Source: Octopus sinensis (lineage: Eukaryota). Taken from it: a DNA stretch of 64,000 nucleotides. The stretch is taken from contig NC_043000.1 of the NCBI RefSeq assembly GCF_006345805.1, positions 115,568,001-115,632,000 of the forward strand, in the 5' to 3' direction. Numbering within the stretch: position 1 is the first letter of the stretch; every line of letters starts with the position of its first letter. The notes under the pieces were generated by a model. That model was not told where the DNA came from, searched no databases, and saw only the letters and a list, made by a program, of their open reading frames with translations. Below, in pieces: positions 1-11,355 of the stretch. The translations under genes were made by a program, and so were the position numbers.

Positions 1-627
1 CTTTTCTAGTCATGTTTTGATTCCGCAGTCGATGTAACAGAAGAACAGCTGGGGCGTGTTTTAAAAAGATCCGAAATGTGAAGTTAAGGCTACTGTTAGT
101 TAGAATAATCGTTTGGCAAAACACTTGTGTACTGAGACCGACAGACAGACAGACAGACATATACATGGAGAAAAAAGCTGACCGACATGTTTCTTTATTA
201 GCCACACAGGGCTGCACACAGACGGGACAGATTACAAAGTAGAGCTTTTCTTTTTGGGGGAGAGAAAAAAAAAAGATGTGGTAGGTTTTCGATCAAAAGG
301 GATCGTAAAAGGGCAAGAAGAAAAAAAAATGGGGGGAAAAAAACGATCAATAGGGATCGTGTATCACAGTGTCATGATGTAAAATGTAAAGGGGGAAGCA
401 GATAAGGTTTATCCGTGGGAAGGAAAGCCTACGGAAAAGACCACGGTGACAGATAGACGCCTGCAAGTATAAGCGATTGGTAATCCTTTAGACAACTGTA
501 CAAAGACAGATCAAGGAACGGATACCTGTATATACATAACTACCTGCATATATAGACTGTCAGATAGACACCTGTTCATTCAGGGAACGATTGACAGACA
601 GATACTTGTATACATCGGCAGAAACAA

Positions 628-795
628 AAGGGCCGGTTCTAGGTACAGGCACCTCGGGCAGCCGCCCGGGGGCGCTATATGCTTTTTAGTCTACATTTTC
701 AGTTTTCCTCTCTGCGGAAGTTTAAAGAAATTATACTTGTAAGGGCTCTGAAGTTCAGCTTGCCCATGCAACCGGCATCCTTAGGGCCGGCCCTG
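628..795. mobile_element. possible hAT-like MITE
   Basis: Imperfect terminal inverted repeats aagggccggttctag / ttagggccggccctg; no matching 8-bp TSD found. Confidence 0.3.
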
Positions 796-1162
796 GTCAA
801 AAGAGTTATCTGTATATTTAAACAGATTGATAAATACAGACCTGTATACAGACAGTTATAGATGGCTAGATAAAACGAGAGAGAGGGGGGGGGGGACAAA
901 AAGAAAGAAAGAGAGAGGAGCAGGAATATAAATAGACAGAGATAGACTGACAGACGGACGGACAAACAGATAGATCGAATAGAAAGGTTTCCGAGTTTTT
1001 CCTAAACACTGCCGTACTCCGTTTCCATATCCTGAAATGTCTTACAAACTAACATATTCCCTCCTCCCCTCTAAATCTTCCCTTATTCCACTCGACCCTC
1101 CTTCTCTTCCTCTTCCTCCTCCCTATTTCCCTCGCTCACATAATATCAAACAACTGGCGTAG

Positions 1163-1194
1163 TTTTAACTTCACATTTCTTATGACTAAACTAT
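1163..1194 (+). promoter_or_regulatory. conserved 5'-flanking box of tRNA-Tyr genes (representative copy)
   Basis: TTTAACTTCACATTTCTTATGACTAAACTAT; TTCTTATGAC ends at -31 in most Tyr copies checked, on both strands. Confidence 0.6.
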
Positions 1195-1216
1195 CTGAGA
1201 GCCACTGTCTCCGTGT

Positions 1217-1310
1217 CTCGCGATAGCTCAGTTGGTAGAGCGGAGGACTGTAGTTTGTTATTTAAATGTCTGACATCCTTAGGTCGGTGGTTCGAATCCG
1301 TCTCGCGAGA
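1217..1310 (+). tRNA. trnY-GUA: tRNA-Tyr(GTA), 21-nt intron 1254-1274
   Basis: Full cloverleaf, acceptor CTCGCGA/TCGCGAG, A73, A and B boxes intact. Confidence 0.95.
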
Positions 1311-1713
1311 TTCCTGGTTACTTTTGTTTTTATCTTACTTTTTTTGCTGAAAAGCTAAACTGTTGAGAAGTATTTTGTTATTTCTCTTTATGCTTTGAGT
1401 TCCAATTCTACGAAAGCCGGCTTCAACTTTAATCATTGTGGTATTGTCAACGAAGAGAATCAATAGAATTGGTTTCTCCAAAGGGCGCAATGCTTCTTTA
1501 AACGTGCCATATAACCCCTCATAACTCTTTTATTTTTGGGAATCTTCATATCAAACAAAGAAAAAAAAATCGTAATTTGATCCCCGCCTTCCATACTAAG
1601 TGCGTAACGCTTAGCCATTGTACGCACTTCGGGATTGAATGTCAAAAGCAGGTGGTTGTAAAGCGAAGTTCTTAAACATACAACCATGGCTGCTCAAAAT
1701 GAATACAAGTATA

Positions 1714-1785
1714 TGGCCAAATGGGGATCGAACCCACGACATTCGTGTTATTACCACGATCTCTAACCGACTGAGCTAACCGGCC
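1714..1785 (-). pseudogene. trnI-AAU: tRNA-Ile(AAT) pseudogene
   Basis: Two 1-nt deletions, C32>G and other substitutions versus the array consensus. Confidence 0.85.
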
Positions 1786-1849
1786 TTCATTGTAGATTAC
1801 CCGTTTTAACACACTGGGAGAGAGAGGGTGTATGTGTATGTGTGTGTGT

Positions 1850-1885
<36 letters not shown>

Positions 1886-1947
1886 AGAGCAGAGAGAGAG
1901 AGAGAGGAGGAAGATAAACAGACAGAGATTGACTGATAGACAGACAA

Positions 1948-2012
<65 letters not shown>

Positions 2013-2281
2013 AAGAGAGACGTGAAGGTTTCCGGGTTTTTCCTAAACACTGCTATATTCCGTCCCCGTTTCCTTACATACTAACAATTCCCCCCTTCCT
2101 TCAAAATCTTCCCTTATACCACTTGCCTCCCCTCCCCTCCCCCTCGTGGTCTTCCTCGTCCTCCTCCTCTTCCTCTTCCTCCTCCTCCTCCTCCTCCTCC
2201 TCTCATAATATCAAACAGCTAGCGTACTTTTAACTTCACATTTCTTATGACTAAACTATTTGACAACCAGCGTCTCAGTGT

Positions 2282-2375
2282 CTCGCGATAGCTCAGTTGG
2301 TAGAGCGGAGGACTGTAGTTTGCTATTTAAACGTCTGACATCCTTAGGTCGATGGTTCGAATCCGTCTCGCGAGA
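2282..2375 (+). tRNA. trnY-GUA: tRNA-Tyr(GTA), 21-nt intron, A50 variant
   Basis: Intact cloverleaf followed by T-run terminator. Confidence 0.95.
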
Positions 2376-2654
2376 TTCGTGTTTTTTCTTTTTTTTTATT
2401 AAAATATTTCCTTGTTTTATCCTATATTTGTTTCAGTCGTTGGACTTCGGCCATGCTGGAACAACTTCTTGAGGTGGTTGCGTCGAGCAAACCGACTCAA
2501 TATATTTTTGTGTAGTGCTATTTTATCGGTCATTTTGCCGAAACGCCAAGTTACGGGGACGTAAACAGACCAACACCCGTTGTGAAGCGTTGGTGGGACG
2601 GCATACACAACGACACATATATACACAACAAGCTTTCACACAGCTTCTGTCTTT

Positions 2655-2860
2655 TCTACTCTAGGCACAAGGTCCAAAATTTTGGGACAGGGCGCCAGTC
2701 GATTGGTACTTAATTGGTACTTAATTTATTGACCCCGAAAGGATAAAAGGCAAAGTCGGCCTCACCGGAATTTGAACTCAGAACGTAAAGATAGACGGAA
2801 TACCCCTAAGCATTTTGCCCGGTGTGCTAACGATTCTGCCAGCTTGCCGCCTTCACACGG
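2655..2860 (-). mobile_element. tRNA-derived SINE, family M (gcctttcatcctttcggggtcgataaattaagtac core)
   Basis: Reverse complement of the element at 13361; B-box-like GAGTTCAAATTC. Confidence 0.75.
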
Positions 2861-2894
2861 CTTCCGTCTACCAGATTCACTGACAATGCATTGG

Positions 2895-3403
2895 GGGTCA
2901 ATATAAAGACCCGCTCTCAGGAAAAAAAAAAAAAAAAAGAATAAATAACCAGCCTGGTGGGTGCTAACAAGTGTGTGGAAAATGAAGACTGCGATTCTGA
3001 GAAAAATTTGTTTGTAAAATTTCAATTTTTCAACAAGAAAAAAAAAAATAAAAAAGAATATATACCCTGAGGCCTTCAAGCAGGCTATCCACATGCTAGA
3101 AATAACAGCCAAATCTTACAAAACAGCGATAACATAATGAAATTTCCAAAAGGCGATTTTTGAAAATTTTGTTTTCAGAATCGTATCCTCCGTAACCCCA
3201 AAACGTGGGATTCCGTTACATAAAATTCAATATATATCCATTTTACCCCAATTTATGACGGAAAAATTGGATCTTGTGAATTTCCCGTAAGTCCAGGGTC
3301 GTCACCGAACATTTTTTGCTTCGTATTCGTATTCCACACACCTGTTAATACCCACAGGCTGGTTAATTTTTTTTGTTTCCGGTTGAGGATCTTTATATTG
3401 ATC
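2895..3403. mobile_element. long-TIR non-autonomous DNA element A (internally deleted copy)
   Basis: Ends ggtcaatataaagacc... / ...gatctttatattgatc; flanking gcattgg duplicated. Confidence 0.65.
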
Positions 3404-3538
3404 GGCATTGGTTAGATCGGGGCTCTAAAAGACGACGATGCCTATTCATAGTAAAAACTTTGGGATTGAACGAAAAGGGAGTGGGTTGCAAAACGAAGCC
3501 TGTACAAATATAAAAGAATGCAAACATAAAAAGATATA

Positions 3539-3612
3539 TGGCCAGTATGGGGCTCGAACCCACGACATTCGCGTTATTAGCACGACGCTCTAACCAACTG
3601 AGCTAACCGGCC
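3539..3612 (-). tRNA. trnI-AAU: tRNA-Ile(AAT)
   Basis: Revcomp GGCCGGTTAGCTCAGTTGGTTAGAGCGTCGTGCTAATAACGCGAATGTCGTGGGTTCGAGCCCCATACTGGCCA, full cloverleaf. Confidence 0.95.
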
Positions 3613-3640
3613 TTCGTTGTATAAATAATCGTTTTGACAT

Positions 3641-3655
3641 TGACGTCCTTATTGT
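3641..3655 (-). promoter_or_regulatory. conserved upstream motif of tRNA-Ile genes (TGACGTCCTTATTGT on +), representative copy
   Basis: Found at about -29 to -45 of most Ile copies; CRE-like core. Confidence 0.35.
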
Positions 3656-4141
3656 GGTGAATGGCAGGAAAAGATAAACTGTTGAGAAGTATTTTGTTAT
3701 TCTTCTTTACGCTGGGAGTTGAAAATCTACGAAAGTTGGCTTCAACTTTAATCATTGTGGAGTTGTTAAAGTAAGTCAGCTAAGAGAATCAAGGGGGTCG
3801 GGTGTAATGCAGTTTCGCACCTCTCCTTGAAAAATGCGTTTTCTGGAAAAGTTTTTTTTTCAGATTCCTGCGTTTTAGATGTCGGGGATTACGAATATGC
3901 AAAAAAAAAAAAAAAGGAAGAAAAATAATTTTTAACCCTCTCCTCCCGCCTCCCATTTAATTTTTTGAACTTTTTCGACAGACAGATACCTTGCCATATA
4001 CATAAAGAAATATGTTAGCAGATAGACACCTACATATATATAGAGAGACAGAGTGCTAGATAGACACCCATATAGATACCTGTATGCATAGAGTGAGAGA
4101 GAGAAGGAGAAAGAGAGAGGGGGGAGAAAAAGATAAATAGG

Positions 4142-4185
<44 letters not shown>

Positions 4186-4493
4186 CTGATAGATAGGCAG
4201 ACAGATAGATAGACACAGGTTCCCGGTAAACACTGCTATACCGTTCCCGTTTCCTGACATATGTTACTAATATATTCCCCCCTCCCTTCTAAATCTTCAT
4301 TTATACCACTTGCCTCCTCCTCTTGCTCCTCCTGTTTCTCCTCCTGCTCCTCCTCTTGCTCATGCTCCTCCTCCTGCCTCTCCCCGTCGTTCTCCTCCTC
4401 GTTCTCCTCCTCTCACATAACATCACACAACTGGCGTAGGTTTAACTTCACATTTATTACGACGGAACTATTTGAAATCAATTGTCTCTGTGT

Positions 4494-4587
4494 CTCGCGA
4501 TAGCTCAGTTGGTAGAGCGGAGAACTATAGTTTGTTATTGAAACGTCCGACATCCTTAGGTCGGTGGTTCGAATCCGTCTCGCGAGA
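4494..4587 (+). tRNA. tRNA-Tyr variant with ATA anticodon, possibly non-functional
   Basis: GGAGAACTATAG instead of GGAGGACTGTAG: G34>A plus G30>A (A30:C40 mismatch). Confidence 0.7.
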
Positions 4588-4849
4588 TTCATGTTTTACT
4601 TTTCTTTTATTTAATTAAAATATTTCCTTGTTTTACCCATTATCTGTTTCGGTCGTTGGAGTTCGGCCTTGCTGGAACAACTTCTTGACATGGTTACGTC
4701 GAGCAAACCGACTCAATATATTTTTGTGTAGTACTATTTTATCGGTCATTTTGCCGAAACGCCAAGTTACGGGGATGTAAACAGACCAACACCTGTTGTG
4801 AAGCGTTGGTGGGACGGCACACACGACGAGCTTTCACTCAGCTTCCGTG

Positions 4850-5045
4850 TTTTCTAGTCTAGGCACAAGGCCCAAAATTTTGGGAGAGGGGCCAGTCGAT
4901 GAGTACTTAATTGATACTTAATTTATCGACCCCGAAAGGATGAAAGGCAAAGTCAACCTCGGCGGAATTTGAACTCAGAACATAAAGACAGACGGAATAC
5001 CGCTAAGCATTTTGCCCAGTGATTCTGCCAGCTCGCCGCCTCAAC
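4850..5045 (-). mobile_element. SINE family M
   Basis: Same core as 2655-2860. Confidence 0.75.
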
Positions 5046-5079
5046 ACAGCTTCCGCCAGATTCAGTGACAAGGCATTTT

Positions 5080-5830
5080 GGATCAATATAAAGACCTTCA
5101 CCCGGAGCAAAAAAAAAAAAAAATCAGCCTGGGGTGGGTGGGTGGGGTGCTAACAAGTGTGTGGCGAACGAATATGAAAAGAAATGCGTGCTGATGACCC
5201 TGGGGGTGAGGGTGGTGGTAGGGACTTGCGGAAAATTCACAAGATCCGGTTTTTCAGTCATAACTTTTGGGAAGATGGATATATATTGACTTTTTTGTTA
5301 CGGAATCCCACATTTTTGGTTATGGAGGATCCGATTCTGAAAACAAACTTTTTTTCACTTTTTCCGGAATTTTTTATTTTATTTAAAAAAATTTTTTTTT
5401 GCGAAATATGTAGAAAAATACGAATATTACGATTCTGAAAAAAATTTGTAAAATTTCCAATTTTCAACGAGAAAAAAAAAAAGAAAAAAAAAAGAAAATG
5501 TATACCCTCAGGCTTTCAAGCAATACTAGAAATAACTGCCAAATCCCACAAAACTGCGATAGCATAATGAAATTTCGAAAACGCGATTTTTGAATATTAT
5601 GTTTTCAGAATCGGATCCTCCATAACCAAAAACGTGGGATTCCGTAAAAAAAAATTCAATTTACCTGAATTTATGACGGAAAAATCGGATCTCGTGAATT
5701 TTCCGAAAGTACCCTCCCAGGTTCGTCAGCACGCATTTTTTTTTTCTTATTCCTTTTCCACACACTTTGTTAATACCCACAGGCTGGCTAATTTTTATTT
5801 TGTTTCCGGGTGAAGATCTTTATATTGACC
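5080..5830. mobile_element. long-TIR non-autonomous DNA element A
   Basis: ~270-bp imperfect inverted arms around an AT-rich centre; target gcattgg region duplicated. Confidence 0.7.
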
Positions 5831-5982
5831 AGCATTGGTTCGATCGGGGCTCTAAAAGACGACGCTTATTCATGGTACAAACTTTGGGATTGAACGAAAA
5901 AGCAGTGGGTTGCAAAACGAAGTTCTTAACCATACAAGCACACCTGCGCAAACATAAAAGAGCGCAAACTTAAAAAGTCATA

Positions 5983-6056
5983 TGGCCAGTATGGGGCTCG
6001 AACCCACGACATTCGCGTTATTAGCACGACGCTCTAACCAACTGAGCTAACCGGCC
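5983..6056 (-). tRNA. trnI-AAU: tRNA-Ile(AAT)
   Basis: Identical to array consensus. Confidence 0.95.
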
Positions 6057-6922
6057 TTCGTTGTATAATTAATCGTTTTGACATTGACGTCCTTATTATG
6101 GTGAATGGCAGGAAAAGATAAACTGTTGAGAAGTATTTCGTTATTCCTCTTTACGCTGGGAGTTGAAATTCTACGAAAGTTGGCTTCAACTTTAATCATT
6201 GCAGAGTTTTTAAAGTAAGTCAGCTAAGGGAATTAAGGGGGTAAATGCAGTTTCGCACTTCCTGAAAAATGCATTTTTTGGAAAACATTTTTTTTTCAGA
6301 TTCCTGCGTTTTAGATGTCGGGGATTACGAATATGCACCCCCTCTCCCCCCCATTTAAAATTTTGAACTTTTTCGACAGACAGACAGACAGATAGACAGA
6401 TACCTTGCCATGTACATGGAGAAATAAGTTGACAGATAGACACCTACATATATATAGAGAGAGACAGATTGCTAGATAAACACCCATATAGATACATGTA
6501 TGCATAGAGTGAGAGAGAGAGAGAGGGGGGAGAAAGAGAGAGAAGAGGAGATAAATAGAGATAGATAGATAGACAGGTTTCAGTAAAACACTGCTATATT
6601 CTATTTCCTTACATATCTTACATACTAACATATTCCCCCCTCTCCCTCTAAATCTTCTCTTATATCGCTTGCCTCCTCCTCCCGTTGCCCCTCCTGTTTC
6701 CCCTCCTGCTCCCCCTCCTGCTTCTCCTCTTGCTCCTACTCCTACTCCTCTCTTGCTCCTGCTCCCCCTCCTCTCTTGCTCCTGCTCCTCCCCATGCTCC
6801 GGCTTCTTCTCCTCATCGTCCTCCTCCTCGTCCTCCACCTTTCACATAATATCAAATAGCTGGCATACGTTTTAACTTCACATTTCTGACGACTAAACTA
6901 TTTGAGATCCTCTGTTCCGTGT

Positions 6923-7016
6923 CTCGCGATAGCTCAGTTGGTAGAGCGGAGGACTGTAGTTTGTTATTTAAGCGTCTGACATCCTTAGGTCGGTGGTTCG
7001 AATCCGTCTCGCGAGA
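6923..7016 (+). tRNA. trnY-GUA: tRNA-Tyr(GTA), 21-nt intron
   Basis: Intact cloverleaf. Confidence 0.95.
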
Positions 7017-7068
7017 TTCGTGTTTTACTTTTCTTTTATTTAATTAAAATATTTCCTTGTTTTACCCA

Positions 7069-9005
7069 GTTAATATAGGGCGTAACAAATATCAGAAAAT
7101 CAAAAAAAAAATGTGTGTAATAGGTGTAAAACAACTTCCTATGAACGAATATGAAAAAAAAAAATTCGCGCACGCGAAAGGGGGGTGGGGGAGAGGCCTC
7201 GGAAAATTCACATCGGGAAGTTCCGAAAGCGTCTGAGGAGCTGACCCGGGCACCAAAACAAAAAAAAAATAGTGTAATATGTGTAAAACAACTTGCTCTA
7301 AACGAATATGACAAAAAAAAATGCGCTCTCGCGAAAGAGGGGTGGGGGAGAGGCCTCGGAATATTTATATCGGGAATTTCCGAAAGCGTCTGAACCGGGC
7401 ACAAAAACAAAAACAAAAACAGCGTAATAGGTGTAAAACAACTTGCTCTAAACGACTATCATGAAAAAAATGCGCGCTCGCGAAAGGGGGGTGGGGGAGA
7501 GGCTTCGGAAATTTCACATCTTCAGTCCACGGCCTTTAAACTAAGAAAAAATAGTGTAATTGGTGTAAAACTACTTGTTCTAAACGAGTATCAAGAACAC
7601 ACACTCACACATGAATCATAAACTCCGTATTTCGCAAAAAAAAAAAATAAATAAAGAGAAGAAATTCTGGAAAAAGTGAAGAAATGTTGGATCTCATTCC
7701 TTGGTTAAAGCTATTTTAAACATTAAATTTATGCTTTTCTTTGAAATAGTTCAGATATATGCAATTCTTCTCACTTATTAAGATGCATTTATCAGAAAAA
7801 AAGAGACAGAAAAAATTATTATTTTGTGTCAATCCTTCCCTAATTATCCTTTATTAATTAGTTTTGGCGTGTATTTTTTTCCCAAATTTATTTTTTCACC
7901 TTTACAACACTGTTTAGTAAAGCAATTAATTATCTTTATAATTTGCATATTTGACTTATTAATCAAAATTCTCTAGATGTAATATATACTAAGTAATGCA
8001 TCCTTCATTTATGTGTTCCGTTCTGTATTATGCATGCGTGACTGTTTGTATGTAAGTGTGTTTAACTGTGCACATGAATGTGAATATTAAAGAACATATT
8101 TATTTACTATGATTGTTATTTTCAGAACAAATAAATCTTTTGGCTGTTATGTTATTGATGTTATTATTATTGCTAGTTAAAGGGTGGTGACTTGGCTGAA
8201 TATTTTGAGTCTTGTAGTATGTAGTTGTGTTAGTCAATATTCTGAGTTCAAATCCAACTCATTTCTTTATCATCATTATCGATGGACCACTCAAAGAGGT
8301 ATGTATACATTATCATTTTCGTAACATAATTTCTGTAGTATTTCAAGATGTTTCTGACACGTATTTTGATTCACATGGCGGAGATCCAACATTTCTTCAC
8401 TTTTTCCAGAATTTCTTCTCTTTATTTATTTTTTTTTTGCGAAATACGGAGTTTATGATTCATGTGTGAGTGTGTGTTCTTGATACTCGTTTAGAACAAG
8501 TAGTTTTACACCAATTACACTATTTTTTCTTAGTTTAAAGGCCGTGGACTGAAGATGTGAAATTTCCGAAGCCTCTCCCCCATCCCCCCTTTCGCGAATG
8601 CGCATTTTTTTCATGATAGTCGTTTAGAGCAAGTTGTTTTACACCTATTACGCTGTTTTTGTTTTTGTTTTTGTGCCCGGTTCAGACGCTTTCGGAAATT
8701 CCCGATATAAATATTCCGAGGCCTCTCCCCCACCCCTCTTTCGCGAGAGCGCATTTTTTTTGTCATATTCGTTTAGAGCAAGTTGTTTTACACATATTAC
8801 ACTATTTTTTTTTTTGTTTTGGTGCCCGGGTCAGCTCCTCAGACGCTTTCGGAACTTCCCGATGTGAATTTTCCGAGGCCTCTCCCCCACCCCCCTTTCG
8901 CGTGCGCGAATTTTTTTTTTCATATTCGTTCATGGGAAGTTGTTTTACACCTATTACACACATTTTTTTTTTGATTTTCTGATATTTGTTACGCCCTATA
9001 TTAAC
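7069..9005. mobile_element. foldback element B, ~625-bp near-perfect inverted arms
   Basis: 7069-7695 is the reverse complement of 8381-9005; arms contain ~130-bp subrepeats; 685-bp AT-rich spacer. Confidence 0.85.
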
Positions 9006-9184
9006 CGCTGGAACAACTTCTTGACATGGTTACGTCGAGCAAACCGACTCAATATATTTTTGTGTAGTACTATTTTATCGGTCATTTTTCCGAAACGCCA
9101 AGTTACGGGGACGTAAACAGACGAACACCTGATGTGAAGCGTTGGTGGGACTGTACACACAACGAGCTTTCACTCAGCTTCCGT

Positions 9185-9375
9185 GTTTTCTACTCAAGGC
9201 ACAAGGCCCAAAATTTTGGGAGAGGGGGCCAGTCGATGAGTACTTAATTGATACTTAATTTATCGACCTCGAAAGGATGAAAGGCAAAGTCAACCTCGGC
9301 GGAATTTGAACTCAGAACATAAAGACAGACGGAATACCGCTAAGCATTTTGCCCGGTGATTCTGCCAGCTCGCCG
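9185..9375 (-). mobile_element. SINE family M
   Basis: Near-identical to 4850-5045. Confidence 0.75.
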
Positions 9376-9416
9376 CCTCAACACAGCTTCCGTCAGATTC
9401 AGTGACAAGGCATTTT

Positions 9417-10231
9417 GGATCGATATAAAGACCTTCACCCGGAACAAAGAAAAAAAAAATCAGCCTGGGGTGGGTGGGTGGGGTGCTAACAAGTGTGTGG
9501 AGAACGAATATGAAAAGAAATGCGTGCTAATGACCCTGGGGGTGAGGGTGGTGGTAGGGACTTTCGGAAAATTCACAAGATCCGGTTTTTCATCCATAAC
9601 TTTTGGGAAGATGGATATATATTGACTTTTTTGTTACGGAATCCCACGGTTTTGGTTATGGGGGATCCGATTCTGAAAACAAACTTTTCAAAAATCGCAT
9701 TTTCTAAATTTCATTTCCCACCTTTATTTTTCACTTTTTCCGAATTTTTTTTTTTTTTTTTTTTTGCGAAATATGTAGAAAAATACGAAGATTACGATTC
9801 TGAAAAAATTTGTTTGTAAAATTTAAAATTTTCAATAAGAAAAATCAAACAAACAAACAAACAATACATACCCTTAGTCTTTCAAGCAAGGCTATCCACA
9901 TACTAGAAATAACAGCCAAATCTCACAAAACTGCGATAACATAATGAAATTTCCAAAAGGCGATTTTTGAAAATTTTGTTTTCAGAATCGTATCCTCCAT
10001 AAACAAAAACATGGGATTCCGTAGAAAAAAAAAAAAAAAAAAATCAATATATATTCATTTTACCCGAATTTATGATGGAAAAATTGGATCTTGTGAATTT
10101 TCCGAAAGTCCACCCACCCCTAGGTCGTCAGCGCACATTTTTTGTTTCATATTCGTTTTCCACATACTTTGTTAATACATAGAGGCTGGTTAATTTTTCT
10201 TTGTTTCCGAGTGAGGATCTTTATATTGACC
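9417..10231. mobile_element. long-TIR non-autonomous DNA element A
   Basis: Same element at the same site in the unit as 5080-5830. Confidence 0.7.
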
Positions 10232-10381
10232 AGCATTCGTTCGATCGGGGCTCTAAAAGACGACGCTTATTCATGGTACAAACTTTGGGATTGAATGAGA
10301 AAGCAGAGTTGCAAAACGAAGTTCTTAACCATACAAGCACGCCTGCGCAAACACAAAAGAGCGCAAACTTAAAAAGTTATA

Positions 10382-10455
10382 TGGCCAGTATGGGGCTCGA
10401 ACCCACGACATTCGCGTTATTAGCACGACGCTCTAACCAACTGAGCTAACCGGCC
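10382..10455 (-). tRNA. trnI-AAU: tRNA-Ile(AAT)
   Basis: Consensus sequence. Confidence 0.95.
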
Positions 10456-10906
10456 TTCGCTGCATTATTAATCGTTTTGACATTGACGTCCTTATTGCGG
10501 TGAATAGTAGAGAAAAAGATAAGCCGTTGAGAAGTATTTTGTTATTCCTCTTTACGCTGTGAGTTGAAATTCTACGAAAGTCGGCTTCAACTTTAATCAT
10601 TGCGGAGTTGTTAAAGTAAGTCAGCTAAGGGAATTAAGGGTGTAATGCAGTTTCGTACCTCTTCTTGAAAAGTGCATTTTTTGGAAAAGTTTTTTTTTCC
10701 AGATTCCTGCGTTTTAGATGTCGGGGATTACGAATATGCAAAAAAAAAAAGAAGAAAAATAATTTTTAACCCTCCCCTCCCCCCTCCCATTTAAAATTTT
10801 GAACTTTTTCGACAGACAGACAGATACCTTGCCATATACATAAAGAAATAAGTTGACAGAGACAGAGTGCTAGGTAGACACCCATATAGACACCTGTATG
10901 CATAGA

Positions 10907-10943
<37 letters not shown>

Positions 10944-11261
10944 AGGGAGAAAGAGAGAGGGAGGAGAGATAAACAGATAGATAGATAGATAGACAAATAG
11001 ATAGATAGACACAAGTTTCCGCTAAACACTGCTATATTCCGTCCCCGTTTCCTTAGATATCTTACTAATATATTCCCCCCTCCCTTCTAAATCTTCTTTT
11101 ATACCACTTGCCTCCTCCTCTTGCTCTTCCTGCTCCTCCTCTTGCTCCTCCTCTTGCCCCTCCCCGACGTCCTCCTCCTCTCACATAACACCAAAGACCT
11201 GGCGTAGTTTTAACTTCACATTTCTTATGACTAAATTATTTGAAAAACACGGCCTCCGTTT

Positions 11262-11355
11262 CTCGCGATAGCTCATTTGGTAGAGCGGAGGACTGTAGTT
11301 TGTTATTTGAATGTCTGACATCCTTAGGTCGGTGGTTCGAATCCGTCTCGCGAGA
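11262..11355 (+). tRNA. trnY-GUA: tRNA-Tyr(GTA), G15>T variant
   Basis: GCTCATTTGG; A-box / Levitt-pair lesion, otherwise intact. Confidence 0.75.

Noticed and set aside
231-445. Purine-rich segment that may be a dispersed repeat
   Set aside because: Occurs once in the window with no TIR, TSD or coding motif I can support.
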